Origin: Octopus vulgaris
Taxonomy: Eukaryota
Length of the DNA: 64,000 bases
Assembly: GCA_951406725.2 (NCBI GenBank)
Contig: OX597834.1
Coordinates: forward strand, 30,566,001 to 30,630,000
Direction of reading: 5' to 3'
Each line of letters opens with the position of its first letter. The first letter of the stretch is position 1. The notes under the pieces are model-generated. The model saw only the letters and a program-made list of their open reading frames with translations, was not told the DNA's origin and made no database searches. Both the position numbers and the translations under genes were made by a program. Shown piece by piece: positions 52,001-64,000 of this stretch.

Positions 52001-53026
52001 TTTTTTTTTCCACATGGTCATCCACCCTGCAAGAAATAGCAACCAAATCTTTCTTATGATACAGCCTACCATCTTAAAAAAGTGAAAAAAGGACGTGCGC
52101 TAAACAATGTAGTGACCCTCCATATATAAAAGTATGAGATGGTCATGGATGGATTGCCTTTTGATTATAGGTCTCTTGGATCAGGGCTGATTTTAGGCAA
52201 AACATCAGACAGTTGAGAAATAAAATGCAAAGGCAACCACAGAATGGTTTTGCCAAACAATTAAGCCATGGGGATGTAAACAAACCAACACCAGTTGTCA
52301 AGTGGTGGGAAGGAGGAGTGACAAATATAGATACAAAGATACACACACAAGATGGGATTCAACACAGTTTCCATCTACCAAATTTACTCACAAAGTGATC
52401 TGGGGCTATAGATGAAGACACTTGCCCAAGGTGCAGTGTAGAGGGATTGAACCCAAAAGCACACAGTTACACAAAAAAAAAAAGCTAAACCACAAAGCCA
52501 AGCCTCAACTGAAAATTCCAATATCAGAAGAGAATCTTTTACAGAATGCGAAAACTATTTTTAGACATTCCATCCGTTCTTTCTCGTTAATTAGACACAT
52601 TGTGCAGATGCCCTGATACTGCACTATCTGCATTGTCAATGTGCAAGCGTTATCGATATTTCCATCACGTTATATACTGCAGCATCTAATGCAGCTTATT
52701 GCGCTTGTAATACACATGGTTGCTGAACTAAAGGCCTGATGCACTGCCATGTATAATAGTGGTATTGTGCACATACTCAGTGATGCACCTGTTATTGCCC
52801 ACTGCACTATGAATGTTGAACGACATATCTGCAGTCTGATGCACCTGTGGAACTACAATGCATGACTGCTGCATCACACCTGCTACAATGTGCAACAAGT
52901 TACTACCTGTTGTACTATTTGCATTATAGCTGGTGAACCACATGTTCTACTGAAGAAAACTTCAAATAATGTAGTCCTAGATACACTTAGCAAAAATATC
53001 TACTGGATTAGACCAGCTTAAGTTAA

Positions 53027-53247
53027 CCCTTTAGCATTTAAACCGTCCATATCCGGCCAAAAGTATTCTACCTGTTTTATGTCCAGACTGGCCAGATTTG
53101 GTCTCTCACACCAACCCTACAATATCGTTTTAAAAATTAACAGCTACCTCATGAAAATCTCATAGCACCAAGATAATGCCTGATTAGTTCAAGGCAATGT
53201 GGATAAAAAAGGATTAATTTTGGCAGAATAATGCAAACACTAAAGGG
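53027..53247. mobile_element. piggyBac-type MITE (221 bp)
   Basis: TTAA|ccctttag ... ctaaaggg|TTAA. Confidence 0.8.
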
Positions 53248-53653
53248 TTAATCCTTCTAACACCAACTGCCCTTGGTTCTCTGATACAAATTCCTTGCTT
53301 TAAAGTGATCTTAATTTAAACCTTTTTTGCTACAGGTTAATTGAAGTTTTAAACATCAGCTCAATAATGGCGACAATCTTTTACTGCATCGTTATTTATT
53401 TATTTTTCAAAATTAATTAAATAAAGGACAGAGAGTTTTTAACAGAAAAATATTAACAAAGGAGTCTAATGAATCCTTTTGCTACCATTTTACGTGAGAC
53501 CACTCCTGGTTCTATAATTCAAACTTCCTGTTCTAAGGTGACCTGAATTAAAAACCTTCCATCAAAATTCCTCCAAAACACCAACTTAATAATGACCAAA
53601 TTATTTTACTAAATTCTTTATTTTCAAAATATGACACAGACTTCCCGTTTTAA

Positions 53654-53874
53654 CCCTTTTGTGTTCAGATTATTCTGTCAAATGTGATGTTTGTTTATTT
53701 AAAATGGTTTGAATTAATCATGCATTATCTTGTAGTTTAGAGATTTCAGTGATGTGATTTTTTTAGTTTTAGAATGTCATGGTAGGGCTGAGGTGAGGGG
53801 CGAGATCTGGTCAGTTTCAATATAAAACAGGTTAAATATTTTGGCCAGATATGGCCGGTTTGAATGCTAAAGGG
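53654..53874. mobile_element. piggyBac-type MITE (221 bp), inverted relative to 53027-53247
   Basis: TTAA|cccttttg ... ctaaaggg|TTAA; interior is the diverged reverse complement of the first copy. Confidence 0.8.
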
Positions 53875-54127
53875 TTAAAGTGATCAAAGCTAAAACATTT
53901 CATCAACATTTCATTTATATTCCAAACACCAGCTTTGTCATAACCAAATTATTTTACTAATTTCTTTGTAATTTTTAAAAAATTATATACAAAAGCTGTG
54001 TATTTCAACAGAACAATAATAACAAAAGGGTTTTAAAAAAACATCATGCAATAAAAAAAACAATAATAATAATAATACAAAAAAGGGGAAAGAAAAGTAA
54101 AAAAACAAAAAAAGGGTCAATACTCAC

Positions 54128-54191
54128 TTCTGATGTATTTTTCCCCATTGGTATCATTTGGGCGACACCGCCCACTACAGTACAAGTGTAA
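54128..54191 (-). CDS. CNKSR2: CNK exon (most upstream one supported in the window)
   Basis: ttttctgttctctttccccag|T TAC...TCA GAA|gtgagt; YTCTVVGGVAQMIPMGKNTSE. Strong splice sites and a phase-0 end matching 44863; no recognised motif. Confidence 0.7.
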
Positions 54192-54740
54192 CTGGGGAAA
54201 GAGAACAGAAAACAAAAGATGAAGAAATGGTTGAATAGTGGAGATGAGAATGAAGGAACAAATAATGGAAAGACATCAATATTTTTGGAAGAATGCAGAA
54301 TCGAGATTAGGGACACACTGAGCAAACACGACCCCTTCTCCATAACATGTGACCATTGCTCCTGTTCTTTTTTACTACGTCGACTGCCCAGAGGACAAAT
54401 GGCAAACATGAACCATGATGGGTGAAAGAGAGGGGAGATGACAGTGAAGGAGTAATAATAATAATTTGTTCGGTTATTGGCCACAAGGGCTAACAAAAAT
54501 CAATTAAAACATAAAGGGACAAAAACACAGGACGAAAGTTACAAAGGGTTTTGTCTGTTTGAAAAAGGTCCGTGTACAAAAGCAGGATAACAACGAAATG
54601 TAAGTAACAATTAAAACTCCCAATAGGGGGAGGCGCTTTGAAAGGTTACTCATGGAAAAACCCAGAAAAGCCATGGGAGCCTGGTCAAAAGTGGGGTCGA
54701 GAGCCCCTTTCTCCTTTTATATTTCCTTTTAATTTTTCAC

Positions 54741-55126
54741 AGCGCAGGAGTGGCTGTGTGGTAAGTAGCTTGTTTATCAACCACATGGTTCCGGGTTCAG
54801 TCCCACTGCGTGGCACTTTGGGCAAGTGTCTTCTACTATAGCCTCGGGCCGACCAAAGCCTTGTGAATGGAATAGGTAGACGGAAACTGAAAGAAGCCCG
54901 TCGTATATATGTATATATATGTGTGTGTGTGTTTGTCCCCCTAGCATTGCTTGACAACCGATGCTGGTGTGTTTATGTCCCCGTTAATTAGTGGTTCGGC
55001 AAAAGAGACCAATAGAATAAGTACTGGGCTTACAAAAGAATAAGTCCCAGGGTCGAGTTGCTCGATTAAAGGCGGTGCTCCAGAATGGCACAGTCAAATG
55101 ACTGAAACAAGTAAAAGAGTAAAAGA
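54741..55126 (+). mobile_element. CORE-SINE family A, full length
   Basis: agcgcaggagtggctgtgtggtaag head through aagtaaaagagtaaaagag tail. Confidence 0.85.
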
Positions 55127-55554
55127 GGTGTATCCTCAGAATTTGGCATCAATGTTTTCTGAAGAAAATATATAAAGAGGAAAACAGGAAGGAGATCAGG
55201 GATCCACAAAACTAACCCTTAAATTCCTTTGTAACTTCTTCAGACCTGATCTCACTATAACACAACAAACACAAACACACACAAAGTGTTAACGTGTTAC
55301 ACATATACATATGGTCCTCATCATCGTTGTTTTGCATCCACTTTCCATACCGATAGGGATTGGAAGGTTCAACAGGATCCACCAGAGGACCATTAAGGAT
55401 CCAACAAGGGACCACAAAATAACATAACTATATACTTTCTATCTTTTACTTGTTTCATTCACTAGACGCTGCCATGCTGGGGCACCGCCTTCAAAATATC
55501 ACTATCTCATGAGATGTGTGTGTGTGTAATGTACACAACCATATTAAGCTCTCA

Positions 55555-55591
<37 letters not shown>

Positions 55592-55961
55592 CATACAAAC
55601 ATATACACACATACAAACATATACACAAACATGTCATTATCTTCTTATATTGTGGTACCTGAATATTAGCAACGGTGCAGTAAATCTCGAGTCAGGCAAA
55701 AAGCCAAGAAAGATATGAAAACACCAGCAGCATCATTATCATTATCATCAACAACACCTGTTGCATTTGAGCTTGTTATCAGGAACGACCTTATCTCGGC
55801 TCTTTCAAGGATTCAGTGAATGCACACCTATGCACACACACACACACGCATATATACAGTGTGATTAGGGTTATATAACAGGTGTGCGCATGTGTGTGTA
55901 TATGTACACACACACACATAACCAAAAAATGTGATTACATGTAATACAACAGGTGTGTGTT

Positions 55962-56013
<52 letters not shown>

Positions 56014-56088
56014 TAACCCAAAAATGTGATTACATGTAATACAACAGGTGAGTGCGTGTGTGTGTATATATATATACATATATACATC

Positions 56089-56139
<51 letters not shown>

Positions 56140-56253
56140 GCATAAAACCACACACAGGTTTACACAAACAAGTGTCAGGAAACCTATCCAACTCACACTA
56201 AAATGGAAAAGTGGATGAAAAATGGTTGTGTGTGTGTGTGTGTCTGTGTGTGT

Positions 56254-57532
56254 TGAGGGTGGGTTGAAAAGTTCATGAGCTGATTATGAAGGAGTGATGC
56301 TAGAGCTGTGAAATCTTGGATGCATTAGTTTCAAACTCTTCTTATTAAGAACTGCCTTGTTTCTTTTCAGGTAAACTGACATTTGACTCCTCAAAGAAGA
56401 CTCTAGAAAAACTGCTCTTGAAAATGGACAAAATTTGGCATCGTGGTGTTATTGAGTACTTCTAGAAAAAGGGTTTACCCTCCACCCCCGGACATTTACA
56501 CCTATTTCTTTACTACCCACAAGGGGCTAAACACAGAGAGGACAAACAAGGACAGACAAACGGATTAAGTCGATTATATCGACCCCAGTGCGTAACTGGT
56601 ACTTAATTTATTGACCCCGAAAGGATGAAAGGCAGAGTCGACCTCGGCGGAATTTGAACTCAGAACGTAGCGGCAGGCAAAATACCTATTTCTTTACTAC
56701 CCACAAGGGGCTAAACACAGAGGGAACAAACAAGGACAGACAAACGGATTAAGTCGATTATATCGACCCCAGTGCGTAACTGGTACTTAATTTATCGACC
56801 CTGAAAGGATGAAAGGCAGAGTCGACCTCGGCGGAATTTGAACTCAGAACGTAGCGGCAGGCAAAATACCTATTTCTTTACTACCCACAAGGGGCTAAAC
56901 ACAGAGGGAACAAACAAGGACAGACAAACGGATTAAGTCGATTATATCGACCCCAGTGCGTAACTGGTACTTAATTTATCGACCCTGAAAGGATGAAAGG
57001 CAGAGTCGACCTCGGCGGAATTTGAACTCAGAACGTAGCGGCAGGCGAAATACCTATTTCTTTACTACCCACAAGGGGCTAAACACAGAGGGAACAAACA
57101 AGGACAGACAAACGGATTAAGTCGATTATATCGACCCCAGTGCGTAACTGGTACTTAATTTATCAACCCCGAAAGGATGAAAGGCAAAGTCGACCTCGGT
57201 GGAATTTGAACTCAGAACGTAGCGGCAGGTGAAATACCGCTAAGCATTTCGCCCGGCGTGCTAACGTTTCTGCCAGCTCGCCACCTTCCGGACATTTATG
57301 CCAACGTGGTTGCTGTATTAGGGGACGATGCTCCAGCTTTATCAACGGTGCAAAAGTTTGACCGACAGGATGAAAGAGCATCTTCAGCAATAGGGTCCAA
57401 GCACTGATGGAAGAAATGCTGGACCACAAAGTGTGTGCCGGGGGGAAGGGGCTATGTTGAGAAATAAACCTCATTTGGTCAGGTTCCATGAGAATCTCTT
57501 GGTCAGCCTATGAACATTTTAGCTCAACCAGG
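56254..57532 (+). mobile_element. Internally deleted mariner element, split by the SINE array
   Basis: Degenerate TIRs (gagggtgggttgaaaagttcatgagctga / tcagcctatgaacattttagctcaacc); transposase start MDKIWHRGVIEYF*KKG at 56424 resumes after the insert as DIYANVVAVLGDDAPALSTVQKF (mariner HTH). Confidence 0.75.
56499..57287 (-). mobile_element. Family-B SINE concatemer: one head plus 4 x 184-bp units, 11-bp TSD
   Basis: Unit starts at 56501, 56685, 56869 and 57053; TSD ccggacattta at 56488-56498 and 57288-57298. Confidence 0.9.
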
Positions 57533-58837
57533 TACTTGATTATTCATTAAATGTTAGTCAAAAACGCTTGCTTGCTCATGTGCATATACAAACATACTAT
57601 ACACATACACACATTCAACAAGCATAAGGGGATAAGGAGAGCACACACACACACACACAGCACATACACACGATCATAACTAACCCCTCCCCACACACAC
57701 ACACATTCAGTTCAACAACTGCAAAGAGATAAGGAGCACACACACACCTCCCTGCCACCTGCCACACACACAAGATCAGCGCTATTTGTAACACTTACCC
57801 CTGCCCCAGATACTACCCATACACAGATACATACACACTGGAGATACACACACACACACACAACAGATATACATTGCAGATATGCACACACAAACATACA
57901 TACACACAAACTATATATAAATATACATATACACACACAAAACACACAGAGATACTATACATACAGAGGAATACATAGAGATAATACACACACACACACA
58001 CACAAACACACACAGAGATAAACACACACACACACAAACACACACAGAGATAAACACACACACACATACACACTACACAGATATATACATGTGTGTACAC
58101 ACACTCTACCCTACCATAGACCGCATTCGTTTTTCCAAAGCTGTCATGTTTTATGATGACTCAAAAGAAGAAAGCACTTGGTTGTAAGAGGAATGTCACT
58201 GCACAGCAACGCAGACAGGCAGGTCGGCAGGCAAGCAGTCACCATGGTGATGACATGACACAAGGGTTGATGTGAGACAAGGTCATGCCAAAATGACACC
58301 CTCGGTATCACTACAAAGACTCCTTCTGGGCAAAGCAACAAAGCCACAACTTCTGATGTCTCTCTAAAAAAATTCATATTTTACATCAAAAGGCTTAATG
58401 AATCATCTCCAATGTTTCTCTTTTTGTTTTCAAAGCCCTATACTATCTTAATCTGTTGGCCTCCTTTGCCAAAGCAGTAAGTTACAAGGACGTAAACAAA
58501 CCAACACCAGTGACTGAGTGGTGGTGGGGACAGGCACTGGCACACACACACAAGCTTCTTTCGTTTTCTGTCTACCAAATCCACTCACAAAGCTTTGGTT
58601 GGCCCATGGCTACAGCAGAAGACACTTGTCCAAGGTACCACGCAGGGGGACTGAACCCAGAAGTGTGTGGTTGGGAAGCAAACTTCTTGGCACACAACCA
58701 TGCCTGCACCTGTTGTTACCATTTATCTTACTACCAACATCACAACCACCAGCACAGAAATCATCATCACAAAATTAACCACAGCAGGGAGGGGAATGAG
58801 CCACCTCCCCTGTCTCTTTCTTCCCAGTATCTTTAGG

Positions 58838-59250
58838 GATTGGATGGCTGACCAAAGAACCTTCAGAGCAGCACAAACAATAACACTGAGCACCTTTTCA
58901 AACTCCACCCGTCTAACACCCATGGACATATTTACAAAGTCAGAAAACAGCACAGCTCCCATGACTTCAGGAAACATTTTTTTCACGCTGAGAGTTGCTG
59001 AAGCATGGAACAAACTGCCAGCATCAGTTGTTAGTTGTCGGAGCACTGCATCCTTCAAAACTTCCATGCTTCCTGAGATTTGCCAACACTACACCTGATT
59101 TCCTCCCCTCCATACACACACAAGCATGTATCTGACTCATACATTGTTCGCTTTCCAGACATTTGTACATTACTGCATACACTTTATACGCACTTTCTGA
59201 CAAGTTGTGGTGCACCTGAACACTGTATACAATAATTTCATTATTATTAT
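58838..59250 (+). mobile_element. CR1-like LINE 3' fragment with (ATT)n tail
   Basis: FFTLRVAEAWNKLPASVVSCRSTASFK matches the CR1 FFSxRVVxxWNxLP C-terminal motif; 3' UTR ends gcacctgaacactgtatacaataatttcattattatt. Confidence 0.8.
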
Positions 59251-59887
59251 TATCAATAGGTGCCTGGGAGTCATCCAAACAATCTTATTTTTTTACGCAG
59301 ATAGATAGGAGAAAAATAAATGGATTGAAGTGTGTGAATTTTCCAAAACTTTTCTCAACAAATTACAATATAACCCTAAGCAACATCTAAAAGGTATCAC
59401 TGACAAACTTCATTAAAAAACATGCATTTTTCAGAAAGTTAAAAATAAAGTCAGGGTGAGGGCGCACATCTGTAGTTATGTTACAGGTGGTCTGTACAGG
59501 TGGATATAACGAAGGGATTCCAGAGTTTCTCATCAAAGACCACAGACTGGAAGAGGTGTGTTACAGAGTCAAATTGAATGCTGTGTTGTATTTGTTCCAA
59601 CTTTCTCTGCTCTGACTTCAAAAATTGACCTCGAAGGTCAATTTTGCCTGGTGTTCTTTCCGGCTCAAAAAACACCAAAACAAGGTGATCCATTGCCAGA
59701 ATGGTAAAGGTGTTTTTCATTTATTCATTAGTTAGCCAATTGTTGTCAACGATGATGAAGGACATCACGAGAGAAGAGGACAGGTCACAGTGAGTCCAAT
59801 GCATGCTCAGAATGATCTGCTTCAGATTGGTCACTGATGGTCTGTTGGGAACGAAGGCAAGGTATTAATTCCAGTTCTTTTATATTC

Positions 59888-60061
59888 ATCATCATCCTCA
59901 TCATCATGCTAGCATGGGTTGGACAGTTCAACTGGGGTCTGAGAAGCCAGAAGGCTGCACCAGGCCCAGTCTGATCTGGCAGTGTTTCTACGGCTGGATG
60001 CCCTTCCTAACGCCAACCACTCCATGAGTGTAGTGGGTGCTTTTTACGTGCCACCGGCACA
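59888..60061 (-). mobile_element. SINE family C
   Basis: Same core as 11608-11840 and 21971-22500. Confidence 0.7.
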
Positions 60062-60736
60062 GTCCAGAGTTCAAATTCTGCTGAGGTCAACCTCACCTTT
60101 CATCCCCTTAGAATCAATGAAACAGCAATTAATCCAATATGGTGGGTTAGCACAACACTAAACACATTGGACTGGATACCCTGTAGTATTAATTCCAGCT
60201 CTGAGTTCAAATCCTGTCTTGGCCTATTCGGTGGTAGATTTCATCCGTTACCCAAGTTTAGCCCACCGCAAGGCATCCTGGGGCATTTAGCAAGATCCAT
60301 TCTGCTGGAAATAATCAAGCTAGGTTTTCTGTTTGGGGATCCTGCCCTCCTACCGGCCTCAGTGGACCCTGTAAGGAGTCAAAGGTACTGCCCTTTCTCC
60401 AGACTGAAAAATTTTAAATAAATAAAATCACCCTAAACCCTACTCCATTATTGACAGCCCTGACCCCTAATTAGTAGCTGTATGTAGCGATACACTGAGT
60501 TTCTCTCTATATTGTCTACCACCACCAACATTACCATCATCCTAACTGTTGCCACAACCACCACCACCAACAGCAATAACAACAACAACTGCAGGATAAT
60601 CATCCATGAAAAAGGTAACAAAGTGGCAACCAAGGAAACTTCTTTACGGTTGCTTGATTTGTTAGAAATAATAACTAATTTACTAAAAAAACCTTGTGAA
60701 AGGATTTGGTAGACAGAAACTGAAAGAAGCCCACCA

Positions 60737-60778
<42 letters not shown>

Positions 60779-60779
<1 letters not shown>

Positions 60780-60997
60780 AGAAACGTTAGCGCGCCGGGC
60801 GAAATGCGTAGCCGTATTTCGTCTGCGGTTACGTTCTGAGTTCAAATTCCGCCGAGGTCGACTTTGCCTTTCATCCTTTCGGGGTCGATAAATTAAGTAC
60901 CAGTTATGCACTGGGGTCGATATAATCGACTTAATCCGTTTGTCTGTCCTTGTTTGTCCCCTCTGTGTTTGGCCCCTTGTGGGTAGTAAAGAAATAG
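60779..60997 (+). mobile_element. SINE family B inserted in the (TA)n tract of a family-A remnant
   Basis: gaaacgttagcgcgccgggcgaaatgc...gggtagtaaagaaatag. Confidence 0.8.
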
Positions 60998-62185
60998 ATA
61001 CACACACACACACAAACACACATACATAGCTGTATCTATCAATCTGTCTGTCTGTGTGTGCGCATGCATATAAATGTATAGTTGTATGTGCGAGTGCATG
61101 TTTGTGCCCCTTTTGTCTTGACATTGTGTGATTATTGTAAATAAATGTCATCATGCGGAAACGTGTCTAGCCAGAATGATGACAAACTTTACCAGGCATG
61201 ACAAACAGACATACACCCTCCCACCCCATTCCCCTCACCAGGGGGGCAACAGATCCTCCACACATGAAAAACAACCACCACCATGCACGCACACACACAC
61301 ACACTCACAGAATACTTACCTCCCCATCCACTGTTACACTCCTTACACATGCTGCTGGTAACAGACTTAGCATCATCCTACCGATCGACCCACTGAAACT
61401 CTCAAAATCTCATGGAGGGGGGTGGGCACTAGCCCTTCAAATTCTTCACATATCCAACGCAGTATCACAAGGGATGGGTTTCCTCTCTGAGGAGGTGGTC
61501 GTTTGCAGATCCAAAAACATATTCGAAAACAACGAACACCCTCCCACCCACCCCCTACCCTACCCCCTTACGCAGCCCTTCAACTCCATCCCATACACTG
61601 GGTCTACATCCTCACTGCTTTACATATGTGGCTGGGATGGGTCACCTTTACTCCGACAGTGTCTAGACACAGGCATGAGACTGTGTGGTTAGGTGAGAAG
61701 TGTGCTTTGCAACCATGTGGTTTCAGGTTCAGTCCCTCTGTGCAGTACCTTCAACAAGTTTCTTTGAGTTTAACCCAAGGTGAACCAATTCATTGTGAAT
61801 GAATTAAGTAAATTGCAACTGTGTGAAAATTGTGAGTATATCTATCTACGTTTACATACACACACACTGTATTTATTTGTGTAGAAGTCGCACCCCTAAT
61901 TTAGTGTTTAAATCTTGCTAAAATTTTTTTCATTCACAATTTTAGTTTTGCCTTGTGTGTATGTTGCAGCACAGTTTTTTTTTCTTTCCAGTTAAAATCT
62001 AGTATAAAGTAACACACACACATATATATATATATATCAAGACTCTCTCCTATCTCCAGTCGTAGAGAGGTTGTGTTCCTCCGGCCCTCAAATCTGACAA
62101 GTACTAATGCCACTAAGTATTTTATCGGTGCAAAACCAATTGACAACAACCATTAAAGCATATGTGTGTGCATGTATATATACAT

Positions 62186-62216
<31 letters not shown>

Positions 62217-62304
62217 GTTAATCCAAACATGAAAACACAACAACGCGAGGACGTGGAACAAATATAGTATTATTGGATGCTCAGGAAGGAAGGGAAGAAG
62301 GAGG

Positions 62305-62339
62305 GTTTAACGTTTCAAGCGGAGCTCTTCATCGGAAAC
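62305..62339 (-). ncRNA. Minimal type I hammerhead-like motif (U4C variant) in a Penelope-like repeat end
   Basis: - strand: gttt CCGATGA agagctccgctt GAAA cg TT aaac; stem I gttt/aaac, stem II gagc/gctt, palindromic stem III. Host repeat (~62215-62430) abuts (TA)n. Confidence 0.5.
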
Positions 62340-63900
62340 ATAGGAGAAGGAAAGATCCAGAGAAGGGAAGACAGAGGAAAAAAAAAAAAAAAAATCGCCA
62401 ACAGTACACACGCGGTCACATTTTGAATGTATATACTGTAAGAAACGCATAAGATAATTTATTTTCAAATGCAGAAGGAGGTTCAATTTCTGAAGGGCCG
62501 CTTAAATGGGGCCCCACTATTTTTACTGCATTTACCTTGCTCCTATGCTTATTGCAGGCATGTACTGTCAGTAATTACTGTCAGGGTAGACAGTTGGTGA
62601 CATTTATGTAATTAAACACACAAAAACTAAGCAAAACACAGGCACGTGACTGAGTTGAAGGCAGATTTACTTCTGCTTTTATAACACGTAAAGAAAACAT
62701 TGTTGTAGGAATGTACACAGCACATGTACTACAGCAGTTCTATGCATAGCTTAAATACTGAGATTGAAAAGCAGGGGAGAATTATGCCTGCCTGATCTAA
62801 AAAAAAAAAAGAACATTTTACATTTTATGCATAATAATCAGACTGACCTTCATAATTTTATTGAATTAGGTGAATATTTTGCCACGATAGGAAACTGTTG
62901 CTCTCAATCTATTTTATTGAAGGTAGGCAGTGCCTACCTTGTCCACCTAGGTGGCACGTCCCTGGCTTATTGATTAAACTATGATTCAGCACCAGTGCTT
63001 AGCACATTTGCAGCAATAAGTTTGGCCATTCTAAAAACCTTCTTCACCTACATTCAAATTGAGATAAAGAGTTATAACAGGTACTATTCAAGTTGTGTGA
63101 ATATTAATATTTTGTAGTTTATGAAACTTATATTTTGTGAGTTTTTAAACATTTTCATTGTTGTTTAACAAGTTATCCTACTGACTGAATAGACAATATC
63201 TGAAACACTGACCTGCAAAATAGTGATCTCCATAAAATGTTTTTCCATTTATCTTTTTAAAATCAGTACATTAGGATAAGATAGAGATATGGCTGCTATT
63301 TCTAGCATATGGAGTGACCCTATAAAAGCATCCTCTTTGGACAAGAGGTAAAGCTACTGTATGTCAAATGTGTGTGTGTGTGCGCATATTTTTATATATA
63401 TATGCGTAGCACTTTGGGTAGGGGCCTTCCACTATAGCCCCGAGCCGACCGGAGCTTTGTGATTGAATTCGGTAGGTGGAAGTTACTGCCGTGAGTGTAT
63501 GTGTGCGTATAGCTGCTCAGTGCCTCTCTGAAAGAGAGAGAGGGATATATATATATGTGTATGTGTGTGTGTGTATACATAAATAATACATTTATACACA
63601 AACGCACACATGTATATACATAAACACGCACACATACATAACTATAAATAAATACACACACAATTCTCATCTACCACCTTCGATTCACAATAATGAAGAT
63701 ACTTGCTCAAGGCGTTGAGCTGTTCGCGTGTGATGGTGGGGGAGCGGGTTACAGAAGCGGGCAAGTGTGGTTGCAAAGCGCGATATATCGTTTTTAACGG
63801 TGGGACTCGAAGTGGATAAAGCTATAGACAATAGCCTGTGAATATTTAGTTAAAAAATTTAGAAAAGGCCGAAGACTGCACTACTACTACTACTACTACT

Positions 63901-64000
63901 ACTCTTTTACTTGTTTCAGTCATTTGACTGCGGCCATGCTGGAGCACCGCCTTTAGTCGAGCAAATCGACCCCCGGGACTTATTCTTTGTAAGCCCAGTA
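63901..64000 (-). mobile_element. CORE-SINE family A 3' end, running off the window
   Basis: actcttttacttgtttcagtcatttgactgcggccatgctggagcaccgcc. Confidence 0.85.

Overview
AT-rich, microsatellite- and SINE-dense eukaryotic DNA whose repeat families point to an octopus (coleoid cephalopod) genome. It holds the 3' ends of two convergent spliced genes. On the + strand are the last two coding exons of HMCES (SRAP-domain abasic-site protein). On the - strand are nine phase-consistent exons of a CNK/CNKSR scaffold gene (pre-PH region, PH domain, C-terminal coiled coil) spanning 54191 to 21528. The rest is intronic or intergenic: at least four SINE families, LINE remnants (CR1-like, RTE, R4/Dong-like), Tc1/mariner, piggyBac, hAT and Merlin-like DNA elements, and long simple repeats. 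Almost all ORFs in the supplied track are microsatellite or SINE artefacts. The most notable unexplained structures are: (i) several hammerhead-ribozyme-like motifs (Penelope-type, some with a U4C core variant) next to (TA)n tracts in or upstream of the CNK exons, including a 258-bp fold-back carrying one in each arm; (ii) a 4x184-bp tandem SINE concatemer inside one target-site duplication, with a self-complementary junction that recurs at a second locus; (iii) a 30-bp minisatellite that is an array of RFX X-box-like palindromes upstream of the PH exons; (iv) several long intronic fold-backs that are candidate ADAR substrates. All family assignments come from visual recognition, not database searches, and repeat boundaries are approximate.
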